Source: Tubiluchus corallicola (lineage: Eukaryota > Animalia > Priapulida). From it: a stretch of 64,000 bases of DNA. The stretch lies in assembly GCA_030141605.1 (NCBI GenBank), contig JAQGDQ010000029.1, positions 868,001-932,000 of the forward strand, given 5' to 3'. This document shows, one piece after another, positions 11,003 through 23,335 of the stretch (position 1 is the stretch's first letter; the number at the start of each line of letters is the position of its first letter). Made by a program: the position numbers and the translations under genes. The notes beneath the pieces are model-generated. The model was given only the letters and a program-made list of their open reading frames with translations, searched no databases and had not been told where the DNA came from.

Positions 11003-12667
11003 CTAGGTAACATAATCATTAAGAAACTGAGGTCTCTGAATTCGCCTACCAGAACGTGTTCTAATCTCGTTATCATTCCTCTGTCTGTTATCGTTAAGTC
11101 TGTCTGGTATCACGTCTTGTTTCTGTCTCATGTTGTCGTATGGGCAGTATACAGATTCATCTATATAAGTCTCAGACGTCTTGCGCAGATGAACTCTGTT
11201 TCTTCTGTACACGGTTCCACTTTCAGTCTTTACAAGGTAAGACCTTCCACCAATCTTCTGTATCACTATAGCTTTCTCCCACATCTTCCCTTTTCGTAGA
11301 GAGTCCATACGTACAACATCCCCAACCATTAATTGAATCAAAGGTTTCGCCTGTTGGTTGTAATATGTAGCTTGGCGATCCTTCTGAGCAATGATTTTCT
11401 CTCTAGTATTTGGCACAAGTTTCGGCTCTAACAAGGAATATGGCATTGGTAGAGTAGTTCGTGTCCGTCTTCCAAACAATCGTTGAGCTGGTGATGCATT
11501 AAGACCTTCCGCTGGTGTATTTCTATAAGCCAATAGAGACAAGTATGGGTCTTCTTTTGCAACTAGCGCTTTCTTCATCAAACGCTTAGCAGTGTTGACA
11601 GCATTCTCAACTTTGCCATTTGATTTTGGATACCTCGGTGAAGAAGTTTCATGCTGGAAGCCATAAATTTTAGCAAAAGTTTTAAACTCTTGAGAATCAA
11701 ATGGCACATTATCAGAACGGAGCATTTCTGGTATTCCATGCCGAGAAAAATGTGCTTTCAACTTTGTTATGACTGTTCTAGCTTCTTTTGATTCAAGCTT
11801 GTCTATTTCAAAGAAGTTGGAATAATAGTCAACAGTTATGAGATAATCAGTATTATTTACCTCACACAGATCACTTCCTACAATCTGCCATGGTCGAGTT
11901 GCAATTTGTGGAATCAATTCCTCCTTTTGCTGTGACCGTGGATATGAATTACAGATTTCACACTTTTGAATGTAAGATTCAAAATCAGCGTTCATCCGAG
12001 GCCAGAATACAACTTCACGTGCTCTTCGCAAGCAGCCTTGTATTCCCATGTGGCTAGCATGAACCATTCTAATGAAAGACAGCCTTTCGCTTGGTGGGTA
12101 TACAATTCTCTCACCTTTAAATATCAAACCTTCATTTATTGCCAGTTCATCTCTATAATTAAAGTATTGCCGTAGATCTGGTTGTACCTCAGATACTTTG
12201 CAAGGCCAGCCAGACCTAATCATAGATTGCAAAGCTTTCATCTCTGGATCTGTCACTGTAGCCACTTTGAGCAATTCAAGTTTCTCATCTTTAAAAGTAG
12301 CAGGTACGTATTCCAAAGCACGTACAGTTTCAAATTCTAAAGCAATGTCATCAGTCTCGGGGAGAGAAGCACGAGACAAGGTGTCAGCCATCAGCATGGT
12401 TGCTCCTTTCCTATATACTACTTCAACATCATAGTTCTGCAGCACCAACATCATGCGCTGTATTCTCTTAGGAGCACTAAGTATGCTCTTCTTGAGTATG
12501 GATTCAAGAGGCTTGTGATCAGTTTCCAGCTTTACTTTACGAGCGTAGCAGTAGTGGTCAAACTTTTGAATACCAAAAAATAGACTCGGCATTTCCTTTT
12601 CAAGTTGCGCATAGTTCTGTTCGGTTGCAGTCAAAGTTCGAGAGGCGAACGCAACTGCATTAGACAT
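11003..12667 (-). pseudogene. pol C-terminal fragment: RNase H and integrase
   Basis: VAFASRTLTATEQNYAQLEKE and TDHKPL (RNase H); HASH...CEIC zinc motif; D (GSDL), D (SDN), E (VENAV) triad. Out of frame with the upstream RT. Confidence 0.92.
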
Positions 12668-14784
12668 GCACCTAAGCCTGACTGACTGCTGTCACATTGC
12701 AGAGTGAGTTCTTCATCTGGGTTGTAATATCTGAGCACGGGAGACGTAGTTATGAGCTTTTTAACCTGTGCAAATGCCTCTTCTTGTTCAAAGTTCCATC
12801 TGAATTCTGTTTTGTCAGACATTAAATTACTAATAGGTTTTAAGACTTCAGAAAGCATAGGCAAAAACTTTGCCAAGTAATTGACAAAACCACACAGTCT
12901 TTTTACTCCCGTCTTATCGATTGGAGCTGGCATATTTTGCACCGCTACGACCTTGTCGGGGTCAGCTTTAATACCATTAGCACTCAGAATATGCCCGTGG
13001 TATCGCACTTCACTACGTCGAATCTGACTTTTATCTGGATTCAGTTTTATATTTCTTTCACGACATCGTTCAAAGAATGCTCTCAGTTTGTTGTCATGGT
13101 CAACACCGGCTTCTGTAATGGTAGCACCACAACCATAAATTAGTACGTCATCGTGGAAGTCTTCTATTCCTTTTAGGCCTTGTATTTGCTCATCCATTTT
13201 CTTCTGAAAAATCTCAGGCCAAGCTGAAATCCCAAACGGAGCTCTAGTATAACGATATCTACCGAACGGAGTATCAAATGTTGTTAGATCTTTAGTCTTT
13301 TCGTCTAGCTTCATGTGATGAAACCCACTTGTCACATCGAAAGTAGAAAAGAGCTTCGCATTGCACAGTCTAGGAGTAAGCTCCTCCATTATAGGAATAT
13401 GGTAGATTTCTCGTCTGATAGCCTTATTCAGTGGTTTAGGATCCAAGCAGATTCTGATACTGCCCGAACGTTTAGTAGCAGTTGTGTAAGCGTTAACCCT
13501 GTCAGTAGGGTGGTCTACACGTTCAATGATGTTGTTTTGTTCGAGTCTGTCAAGTTCAGCTTTAAATTTATCTCGCATGTTATAAGGAAGTCGCCTACTT
13601 GGTTGAACAACTGGCGGTACAGTAGGATCAATTTTCAAACTTACACATCCAGGGAATTCTCCTGGTACCTCACTGAAAATATCAGAAAATTCAGTTAGTA
13701 AAGCATTACAATCAGCAACACTACAAACATCCGAAACATGTACTGTAGGCCTAGTACTGCTATCACTACACAACATATTAGCAACATTGGCTGATTCAAC
13801 CCTTTTGAAGTTATTTTCATTTACAGTAATAAGCTTCATTTGCTGTGAAGCACAAGAACCTAACAATGGTACATAATTTTCGTTTACGACCAAGAAGTTC
13901 ACAGAGTAACTTTTCTTATTCACTGGATTTACAATTGGCAATCTGACTTGCCCAATGGGACTTATTTTAGTTTTGTTCCACATTTCTAACACAGTGTTTA
14001 CAGTAGCAAGTTTATCACACAAATGATGTGGCACAAGTCTTTCAGGTATAATGTTTATACTGGCCCCACAGTCAATCTGAAAAATCGTAGGTGTACCCTC
14101 CATAAGCCATTCACTGTAAATCTGAGGCTGTTGTGTGGTACACTGTTCAGTAGCATGAACAGTATGAGTTACAGTTCCAATCATATACTCATTCGACTTT
14201 TCCTCACAGTTTGCCATGCCAAAGACACTTTGGCCTCTTCTCGACGGAAATGATTTTGCACGAGTGTCAGTTCTACCTCTAGATTTGCACATAGACTGAA
14301 AATGATTTCTTCCATGGCAAATGTTACATGTTTTGCCATAAGCAGGACATTTATTTTTGTCCCATTCATGCTTATGCCCACAGAAGTGACAGTCAATCAC
14401 CTTTTTCTTAGCACCCGTGGCTTTACTAGCACTACCTTTATGAGTTTTGGGTTTGACAGCTTGCACTTGTTCAGAGTACGAGGCTTGTTCAGCCTTTATA
14501 TCTTTAAGTTGACTTGCAGACTCAGCAAACGAGCGACAAATAGTTATGCAGCTACTCAATGTTAGTTTCGACTCTTGCAGTAGTCGCTTACGAGTAATAT
14601 TGTCAGTTATGCCTAGGATTATCCGATCCCGTATCAGACTCTCAGTTAGATTGCCGTAATTACACCTTTTGGCTAGTGTGCGCAAAGATGAGACATAGGC
14701 ATCGATTGTTTCACCAGGATTTTGATCGCGTTTATTAAAACAATATCGTTCGTAAGTTTCATTAGTTTCTCCGACACAAAATGC
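12631..14784 (-). pseudogene. gag C-terminal part, zinc knuckles, aspartic protease, RT and start of RNase H
   Basis: Frame open from 14784 (AFCVGETNETYERYCFNKRDQNPGETIDAYV...); CHFC...H...C and CNIC...H...C knuckles; IDCGAS protease; PFGIS and FHDD RT motifs; frameshift after GLGACLMQ. Confidence 0.92.
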
Positions 14785-15069
14785 TTAAAATTTTTGTAGA
14801 ACCATTGCAACATTTGTTTTGTCTGCCTCATTTTCAAATTCTAGTCCATCAAAAATTTCCACACACTCAGGACCCAAAACGGTCAATAATGTGGCTGTTC
14901 TAACAGCATCATTTGCTTCATTGAGCTTCAAAGCCACCTCATAATTGTCCCACACCCGACGAAATTTTCGCCAATTCGCAGCTAAATTTCCATGCAGGTC
15001 TAGTCTAGGTGGTGCAGGTAGAACACTATACGGGGAAGTAACTTGAACATGACCTTCGCCGTCAGCCAT
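14785..15069 (-). pseudogene. gag N-terminal fragment ending in an in-frame TAA
   Basis: MADGEG...NLAANWRKFRRVWDNY...LQKF*; the same frame resumes directly after the stop with gag-like sequence. Confidence 0.9.
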
Positions 15070-15161
15070 TTTATCTTACCACAGTCTTCCCGATAGAAAG
15101 TTTGGCGTTACGTAAAGAAGTGATGTTATCAGCGTATCAGTAGTTAAGCACTTGCCGATAA

Positions 15162-15179
15162 CTTCCATCCGTACTACCA
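15162..15179 (-). other. Primer binding site
   Basis: TGGTAGTACGGATGGAAG directly follows the CA end of the 5' LTR; TGG is complementary to tRNA CCA. Confidence 0.75.
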
Positions 15180-15390
15180 TGTAACGTTTGCAAGATACAG
15201 CCACAACAGTTGAATAATTAGTGAATACTAAAACAAACGTTTATTAAATGAGCATCAGTTTAGATAATCATGAACAAAGCAAATCCCACATTACGTAACT
15301 TCTACCTCGTGGTGAGCCCGATTAAAAAATAAGGGAAATCTTAGTAAGACCAAACATTAAAATGTTAGCCACAGATAAGAACACGTCACA
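15180..15390 (-). repeat. 5' LTR
   Basis: 211 bp, 210/211 identical to the 3' LTR; followed on the plus strand by the GTTTT duplication. Confidence 0.96.
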
Positions 15391-15643
15391 GTTTTAATTG
15401 CCATTTGTAAGTAACCGTGACATTTTTAATGTTATGTTTTATGTTATCTGTATTGTAAGTTTTTATAAATAATATGCTGGTAATAGTATATGTGTATGAG
15501 GCGATATCTAATAACAATAGTGAAAAAAGCATTATGAGATGAAGCTTCTTGCAAACCGTGCACAATTTTTTATTAGCAATAATGAAGGTTTATTTATAAT
15601 TAGCAAGAAAATTAAGAAAATTTTTCTTATTTTTTTCTTGTAG

Positions 15644-15705
15644 GTGGTGGTGTGATGGGCAGTCCTGGAAGAATTGCTGCTCAAACAGCTTTGGCTTCAT
15701 CTTGA
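15644..15705 (+). CDS. PYROXD2: PYROXD2 terminal coding exon 13
   Basis: (G)GGVMGSPGRIAAQTALASS*; long T-rich tract and TAG acceptor; completes the HPGGGVMG motif of the phytoene-dehydrogenase-like family. Joined CDS is 1740 nt, 579 aa. Confidence 0.92.
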
Positions 15706-15929
15706 TGAGAATAGTTCATCATTTGCTTGTTTAATTAAGATTTTGCAATTGCCAAATCTTCTTGATTCTCATATAGACATTTGTTTCTTTATTCTCCATA
15801 AACATATACTCGTAAGCCTTGCAAGCTAGGGTCACAAGACTCACAGAGTAGAGAGCCCTGGGCAGGAGCATTGGATCAGTTTGGTAGTTTCTGATCTTTA
15901 GTTAAGGGGTAAGGCACAGTGAACGTCAT

Positions 15930-16670
15930 TCTATTTTTTTTTCATTAGTTTCCACATACTACCACATACGGCTTTTAGTTTTTTCAGATTTTTTTCACAA
16001 GTATTTTGGTACTGTAGTGTAGATGTGCACTTCAGGGTTTAAAAAGTTGGGGTTTCTTATGGCCCGAAATAGGAGCAAACTCTGGAAAATGAAGTCGTGT
16101 CAATATATCCAGAAGTATAAGTGCTAGAATCATGAAACTTGTACAGTAGATACTTGAGATAGGTGGTCAGACAATGGTGTAGGGTTACTCTGGGTCAAAA
16201 TGATCAGCAATAGGGACCAAAATCTAAAAATAGGGTAAATGGCTTCGTTGCTCAACTCCTCTTACAGTATTGGGTTAGGAGTCTATTTTTTGCATATATG
16301 GGTAGCCTGGTAAGGACTGTAGTTTATTAAGTATTTTTCAAAAAGTGGGCATGTATAGTTACTGAAATAATGATTTAGTGCACTGTGACTTTGAACTGAA
16401 CAGTCAAGGTCAATGGGCATTAGGCATTTTCTGCTCTAGCCTATAATAACTCCAAATTTTCAGTACTGGAACGTGTTAACTTACATGGCATATACCTAGA
16501 GCCATATACCTAAATCATCATAATTAAACAGGAGAAACTTTAGTCCTTATATTTATTTTACATTCATTTTTACTCCAGATTTCGTATTAATTTTCTTGTT
16601 TACATTGCTTTTTTTGCTCTGGCTGTGGGGAGCACTTGGCCCCATGTCTGAAGATGTCCTTTTTTCCCAG
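15930..16670. mobile_element. Probable degenerate non-autonomous (Helentron/HINE-like) repeat downstream of the PYROXD2 stop
   Basis: Motifs ATCATGAAACTTG, GGGTCAAAA and GTCAAGGTCAA, plus a small terminal hairpin GGGGAGCACTTGGCCCC followed by a T-run. Boundaries uncertain. Confidence 0.35.
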
Positions 16671-17000
16671 TAGTAAACTTGTGTATTTCCTACACATGAT
16701 TAGACAGATACTACAGACAGATGTACAGGTTTTTCAGTGTCTAGAGACATTTACTTAATATTGCATGTGAGTATTTGAAATGCTCCAGTTAAGTAACTTA
16801 CTGCATATAGTTGTGAATTTATTTAACAGGAGAGAAAGTTTAACTACAATTTGTTTGTACCTAAGATTTTTGAACTAAAATGTGTTTATATATTTTGGCA
16901 TCCATTTTCAGCATTGCTGTAAGAAATTCGCAATTGCAACGGGGGTTAGGTACATACATATCTTTAAAAATTCTTATTTTGTTCAACAGAGTGTTTACTT

Positions 17001-17006
17001 AATAAA
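17001..17006 (+). promoter_or_regulatory. Candidate PYROXD2 polyadenylation signal
   Basis: First AATAAA I could see downstream of the stop codon; usage unproven. Confidence 0.35.
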
Positions 17007-17135
17007 CAAGTCTGGCATTAAAATTTGACATGTTGTAGAAGGATTTGACAGTATGAAGTTCCTTCCTTTGTTATGCTAGGCATTCTATTCGTAATGAAGG
17101 GCTGCTGCATCTGCACCATTGCTGTACAATTCTAG

Positions 17136-17322
17136 AGCAGCATTTGCCAGACATCCGGAATGCGTTATGCTTTATTGCACATCCAGCTGCCTAAAAACAA
17201 TTCAATTTAAATAGATGCAAAAAATATAACGCAATAATGCTGGTCTGATAAACTGGTTCATTGAAAACAATACAAAGCGATTTTTACGCATAACACATGC
17301 CGGATGTCTGGTAAACACCCCT
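17136..17322. mobile_element. MITE with ~30-bp terminal inverted repeats (PIF/Harbinger-like)
   Basis: TTTGCCAGACATCCGGAATGCGTTATGC pairs with GCATAACACATGCCGGATGTCTGGTAAA; flanks are TAG and TAA. Confidence 0.7.
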
Positions 17323-20300
17323 TAAGTTGTACAAACAGTTCTGCATTGTTGTAATTACAAACAAATTTTGCAAATTATCTCAACATTACACAATTTCAAG
17401 CTTTAGAGCAAATCAATTGATGTGTGCATCTGGTGACCAACTCTAAATGCTGTAATCTGATTAGTTCCAGTTTATCTCATTGGTTTAACAGCCCAGTAGT
17501 CTATAATCCATTTAATAAGACTGGTTTTGTTTAAACTTTTGTAACAATTGTTTTACAGATTTGAAGAATGTTTTCCTTACAATTGAAACAATTATTGTAG
17601 ATAAAATAAATGACAGCCAGCATGACTAATTTAATTGTTTGCATTTCTACCATGCATTGTTCTGGTGAAAAATTTGCTGTACTAAGTTGAAACACTCTTC
17701 AGTTATTAGTAAATTATACCGGTTTTTGTGACTGAGATATGATCGCAAAAAGTGGGTAAATTCTGTTTGAACTTGTTATCCTACTTAGGGCATTTTGTTG
17801 CTGCTATGTTTAACAAATACAGTATTTGTATAGTGCCAAGCACTAAGTAACCTGTTTTGTTATTTGTAAAACGTGTACGTTTACATGAGCATTTCAATCT
17901 TTGTGAATTTTTACATAAAAAACGCTCCTAGCACAAATTCCCTATACAAATAAGTTATAGAATTTTCTTGCACATTACACAATGTCAGATAAGGCAAGAT
18001 GATCTACAGACACTCCAGAATGTTCATATTTTTATTCCCATTCCTAAACTGCAATTTTGCGGCAGAAGGTAGCAGCAAATCAACCATACTAATGCGAAAA
18101 AGTCATATCCAGTTCCAAAAATGTGGCCAGTTTAACAAACAAGATATCCCTCCTAACTCTTAGTATGTCAAACAAACGTTTCTCAAATAAACGTAAGTTT
18201 TTATGAAAAAGTCAACATGTAACGAAGAAGTTGACATTTTTCCTCCTCGAGAACAAAAATTTCCCCTGTACTCCTCCGATTACGTGCGATTTAGTTGAGC
18301 ATACATGTGCCCGTGTTTGTCTTTCTTGGTCTTAACAAGGTTTTGTTTACACCTGCTTCGATTAAATCGTTACTCATGTTACGCCACAACGAAGTCTTTC
18401 ATTCGGTTAATCTGTTGATTTTTTATTACTATTTTCTACGCTGCGCGGCGCTATCTACGCGCATCGCAAGCGCTGCCTCTTGTACTGGTAGATTTGGCAA
18501 TAATACAATAACTTTCTTGTACAAGATTTGGGGTTTGTTCTAACTAGTGGCCGGTAATTCATTCGCTTCCCTGTATGTTTGGTGTCAAAGTGAATAATTT
18601 TCTGTGATTGCTTGTCGTAATTAGTGTGTTGTTTGCTCTCTTAATGCTTGACCTCTATAACTTTGACCTAGTTTTGGCGTATAGTCTTCGTAGCGCTATA
18701 AGCTTCATCAATTGGTGCATCAGCATCTATGGTTAATTTTACCGTGTATTTACTTCGTCCTAGTCTCATTATGTTATAGCAACACACAGATTTTATTACA
18801 TGGACTTTTTATTAGGAAAGTCTAATAAAAAATTAACAATATCCTGGAGAATAAACAAACAAAATATTAATTTTGTCTTTGTTCCTTTAGGACGCCAATT
18901 TGAGGGTTCTTCAAGTCCGAGGCTACATAATCTGTAAGCTAATCATTATATTAATTTCTAGTAAGAAATATACATAAATTTCATCTGCACGTATTATTCT
19001 CAGTGTCTTGACGTTCATTGCTGTTCCGATTCGAGTAAGGTTTTAACCCTTTGTTTCTTGCTCTTTTGTAAATAATAGCGTTAGGGTTTGAGCAAAGCTA
19101 TTTCAACATCATTTTCGTAAATTAATAATCACAATAAAAGGCTGAATAGACGGTATAAAACAATGTAAGCTATGTTAGATCTAAGAAAGTGCTTAGTCAA
19201 AGCCAGCTCTCACTCGTCAATATTATATTCCATTTCATTTCAACGCTCGTGAATACAATAGCAGCTGTTATGATGCACAATTATAAGTATAGATAGGCCT
19301 AACAATAGCCTTAGTGCTTAGTCCCGCATTTTCTATAAAAACACTTATCTGTGATAATTTACATGCTGAGTGCCACGGGCTACAGTATTGTATTTCATGC
19401 ATTGTCAGCACATTGAATTAGCCTACCTTGTGTCATATGGGTGTTTGCACTTTTCAATCGTATCTTGGGCGAAAGCGAAGTTGTTTCACCCCCAAACACT
19501 GCTTGTAGTTTTACTAGCCTGGTATGAGTGTTATAATCCACGTATTGCCATTCACCACTGTCATTACAATTAATCGGAAACAATTACGAACATAGGTACA
19601 GCATTCGTGTTGATCAACTTTGTATTGGTCATTGGTCATGTATCAAAAATTCTTTGTTTTGTTCAGTTTCCTTTCAACAGCAGTTCCATTTCGCAGAGGC
19701 AGAAAATTCCTCCCTCGTTTTCCGTTATTTTTTCGAAAAAACCTAAAGCGAGTTTGTTGAGAACACCAACATTTTCTTCTTAGGCATTTTAGCCTGTTTC
19801 TGTAGCAAACAACTTAGTGTACTAAATAAATGTGAGTTTTTTTATGTGGAAATGAAGGGTCCAGGAATACCTGAATGCTCATGGTGTATTCTTTCCTATG
19901 AAAATTACGCCGCGTCGGACCTAGTTAGTAAATGGATCGCAGCTACCTCGTCTACCGTATAAACTACCTCTGATTACTTACTTAACTGAAAGGAAAGATA
20001 TGGCTAAGGCACTTCTAGTGATTCAGTGCCTCATTTTAGAGATTATGCTTATTGACGAGCTAGATTCCGGTCTAGCAACTAACATGCCGTTAAAACGCAA
20101 AATTTCAAACTCGTGGCGAAATGTAGTTTTTGAAAAAACTAGCAACTTAGGTTAGGTTTCTGTTTTCTGTCAGGAGAGGAATAGCTGAGTGATCGTGATA
20201 TCTGTTTATCTATGATGTTGAAACAGCGCCGAGTCTGCTTAAAAATTTATGAGTGACCACTGCGATTTCATTTGCCTGTGTTTTTCTTGTTGAAAGAATT

Positions 20301-22739
20301 TGCATGGCATGCACATTCGATGCTCCACGAGTGTCTAAGGCGCCTTTATCAGTTCAGTGGCTCATCTTAAAGATATTTTTCTTGGTATGTTGGACTACAT
20401 TCCGAATCCGCTACAACAGTTCAACATTAGTATTACACTGTAGGTGCTGGATTCCAGTTTGTACTCGGTTGAACTGTATAAAAATATCAGTTTACCTTTA
20501 TTTTTGTTATAGACTCAAACGTGGAGCAGCAGAGCATTTAACTTTAAAAAACAGAGGCAAGCAGGTGTTTTCTCAATTTTATATTTGTCAACCCGCCGAA
20601 ATTTATCCGCAATTTAGACTGTCGTCATTTCACATTTCAAGTTTTTATTGAGTTTCAAAACAGTTTTATGTACTCAGCTGTCTGTTAACTTTGCCACAAT
20701 TTGCATCAATAAAGAAGTGGACGCGTGTCCGATGTTTCTTTGTAAGTTAAGCAGATTTCCAGTTTTTTTTCAATATACTTGTTGATAGTTTTAGAACCAG
20801 AAAATAGAGACGTACTGTGATCAGTTAACTGTGGCCTGTGGGTGTTTGCAAAAGAGGAAATCAAAACACAGTCTAAGTTTAAGTTCTTGTAAATGTAATT
20901 TTTTAAATCATTTGCAAATTTTCCGAGAGTACATACATGCACTTAGACGTTAAAGGTAGTTGTTTCTTGACCCTAACCTTCGACTTTGACATTTTCGTTT
21001 GACAGTTTCTCCCAGTTCAATTCAATCATTCGCCAACCATTCAGTTACTGCACTGAAAGGTTCTTATTGACAAAACAATTCTCGTCTTCATGGTAGCACA
21101 ACTATCATCACACCTATGTCCAGATTTTCTCACTGTTAAAATATTTACCTGTTGCATAATTCCTTATTATATTCGGTATCTGGAATTAGCTGGCGGTCTC
21201 TTGTGCCTGAATACTGTAAAACAGCGTGTGAAGAAAAGGAGTTGATTTTTGTTTTTGCTAATGTCATTTGTTTTTACATTTCTTCTGCTTCTTATACCTG
21301 CAGTTGTGTTCATCGTTGATTGGCGAATTTGGCTGTCCCGTATACGTCTGATTATCAGTATTACGTATTGACATTGCGAGAAGTATTCTTAACCATTTTC
21401 GCTTTCATTTCGCGATTTCAGTTCTACTGAAACATTTTGCACCAAGTTCTGTGGCCTAGCGTACAGGCTAGATTTATCCCAAATAATAGCTTCTTCAAAA
21501 CTTGTTGGTCCTCGAATTTAGAGCACTTAACTATATATCACTATAACGGTAATTTGTGTATAAATAAATAGGTCATATACAGAGAAAGAATTTCCGGCTT
21601 ATGGCACTGCATTTTGCCAAAGTATGTTACTGGAAAGTAGCAAACGGAGAGCTTTCTTCACTTTTGTTAAAATTCGTTTTATCATAACAAATCTTTCAAT
21701 GCAATTTTTTATCTTAACCAACACCATCTCTTCAAGAATTCTATGCATGTTAGCAACCGTCGTACTCTTACGTACTTCTTACGAGCTTTTTCTAAACTGT
21801 GCACCCAACAAGTGTATCAAATTTACTACTTTTTTCCTTATTTTGAGTTGTCTCATATAACATACGTAACTAAATGTTTGCTAATATGTTAATAGATTCG
21901 TGTGTAAGGAAACAATGTAATCATAACATCTCAAACAAGTGCTAACTTATGATGACAACTGTATCATACAAGAGTAAGTAATCAACAGACCAATATATAC
22001 ACTTATGTAATCATAGTTATATGATTATTGCCATATAAGATAATGAATCGTATAAAAAGGCATTAATTTTTATAAAGCTTCAAAGTAAGTCCATTTTGCT
22101 TAAACTCCAGGAACACGTTTTAAGCACATTTAATGTATTTTCTATGAATCTTGTATGAATTAACATTTAACGTCTGTGTTGGCTTTTCGCCGACCCTGTA
22201 TCAAAGTTTCTACTGATAAACATTACTTTAAGCCTGAATGGCGTGGCACCAGGAAATCAGGAAATGCCTCTGCACCTAAACTGAAGAAGTCGGCTAATAA
22301 CATTAAGACACAATGCCTACAGTTTTAAGACATAAGATTAACCTTGTCCGTGTCAGATTATAAGCCTAAATGCCACAAACAAAACCTTGTTTTAGCAACA
22401 TACGTCGCTATTTGCCTGTCATCCAACTCAGCTTCCAATGTGAATACCTGCTTTTGTCTATAGCAGATTTTGATCAAAGTTCTGATTTTACAGAGCGGAT
22501 TACATCACCCTTGTGGCAGTTTTGTTAGTTTTGAACGTAACTCCTCTGAAGACAAAACAAAGTAAGTCTATTTGATTTCTGGTAAGTTTTGATCACGGGG
22601 AAATGTTTAGAAATGTCTGCATAAAATTGCGATTGTGGAATAAGAGCCCTAACAAATATGTATTTGATTCATGTGCAAGTTTGTAAAAGCAGCGTATGCA
22701 AGTTTTCACGTTTTTGTGACCACACAGTATTCCATTTGT

Positions 22740-23335
22740 GTTACTGAACAGTCGAAACATTTGGGATACACAAACCTAACACCGGATTAGTTTTGAAACT
22801 AATCGACTATGAAAATGTGCTCACGTCATACATTAGTACACTGCATTGATCATCATTTTGGCAACTAATTTCATTGTCCCATGTCTCCACATGTTGTAGT
22901 TCTAGGGGTGTATTAGCAACCCGATCCTTTGATATCGGTTATGTTGAACGAATTTCAAGTGTGGAATTCCCTACCCATTTCGGTAAATGATGCACCTTTG
23001 GTCACTGCAGCAATTGTAAGTTTTACAAGAATAGATTGAAGTTTCTGAATTTTGATAAATGGTTTGTGTACGCTAGGCATATGTAAGTAGCTTATCTCTG
23101 TACATCTCGCCCCGCATTAATGTTGTGCCACAAACATTTTTGGCCCATGTTTACCTCTGTTTCACCTTGCAAGTTTTCCGTCAAGCTGGGCTTCAGGGAA
23201 ACTTGTGACACAATGCATTTACATTGTTAAATTGTAATTAAAATAATTGTTAAATTATAAATTCACATTATTTAATACTGTAAGATTGACTCTGTTATGT
23301 GTTGTGTGATGTGAAATAAACGAATCTGGAATCAT
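22740..23335 (+). mobile_element. Decayed 3' end of a CR1/L2-group LINE
   Basis: VWNSLPISV at 22959, then FYKNRLK, typical of the ORF2 C-terminus; ends with an AATAAAC-GAATCT-GGAATC tail; reading frame disrupted. Confidence 0.6.

Larger units (their letters stand above)
10678..15390 (-). mobile_element. Full-length Ty3/Gypsy LTR retrotransposon (Mag/K02A2.6-like), defective, antisense in the last PYROXD2 intron
   Basis: Two 211-bp TG...CA LTRs; GTTTT target-site duplication (10673-10677 and 15391-15395); PBS; PPT; domain order gag-PR-RT-RH-IN. Confidence 0.96.

Noticed and set aside
12631-12667. Programmed ribosomal frameshift
   Set aside because: It lies within RNase H, has no slippery heptamer, and conserved residues are missing, which points to a deletion.
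11117-14565. Plus-strand and alternate-frame ORFs within the retrotransposon
   Set aside because: Shadow frames of gag-pol; no evidence for env or accessory genes.
14785-14787. Programmed stop-codon readthrough
   Set aside because: The stop lies inside the capsid region, not at the gag-pol junction; a point mutation is simpler.
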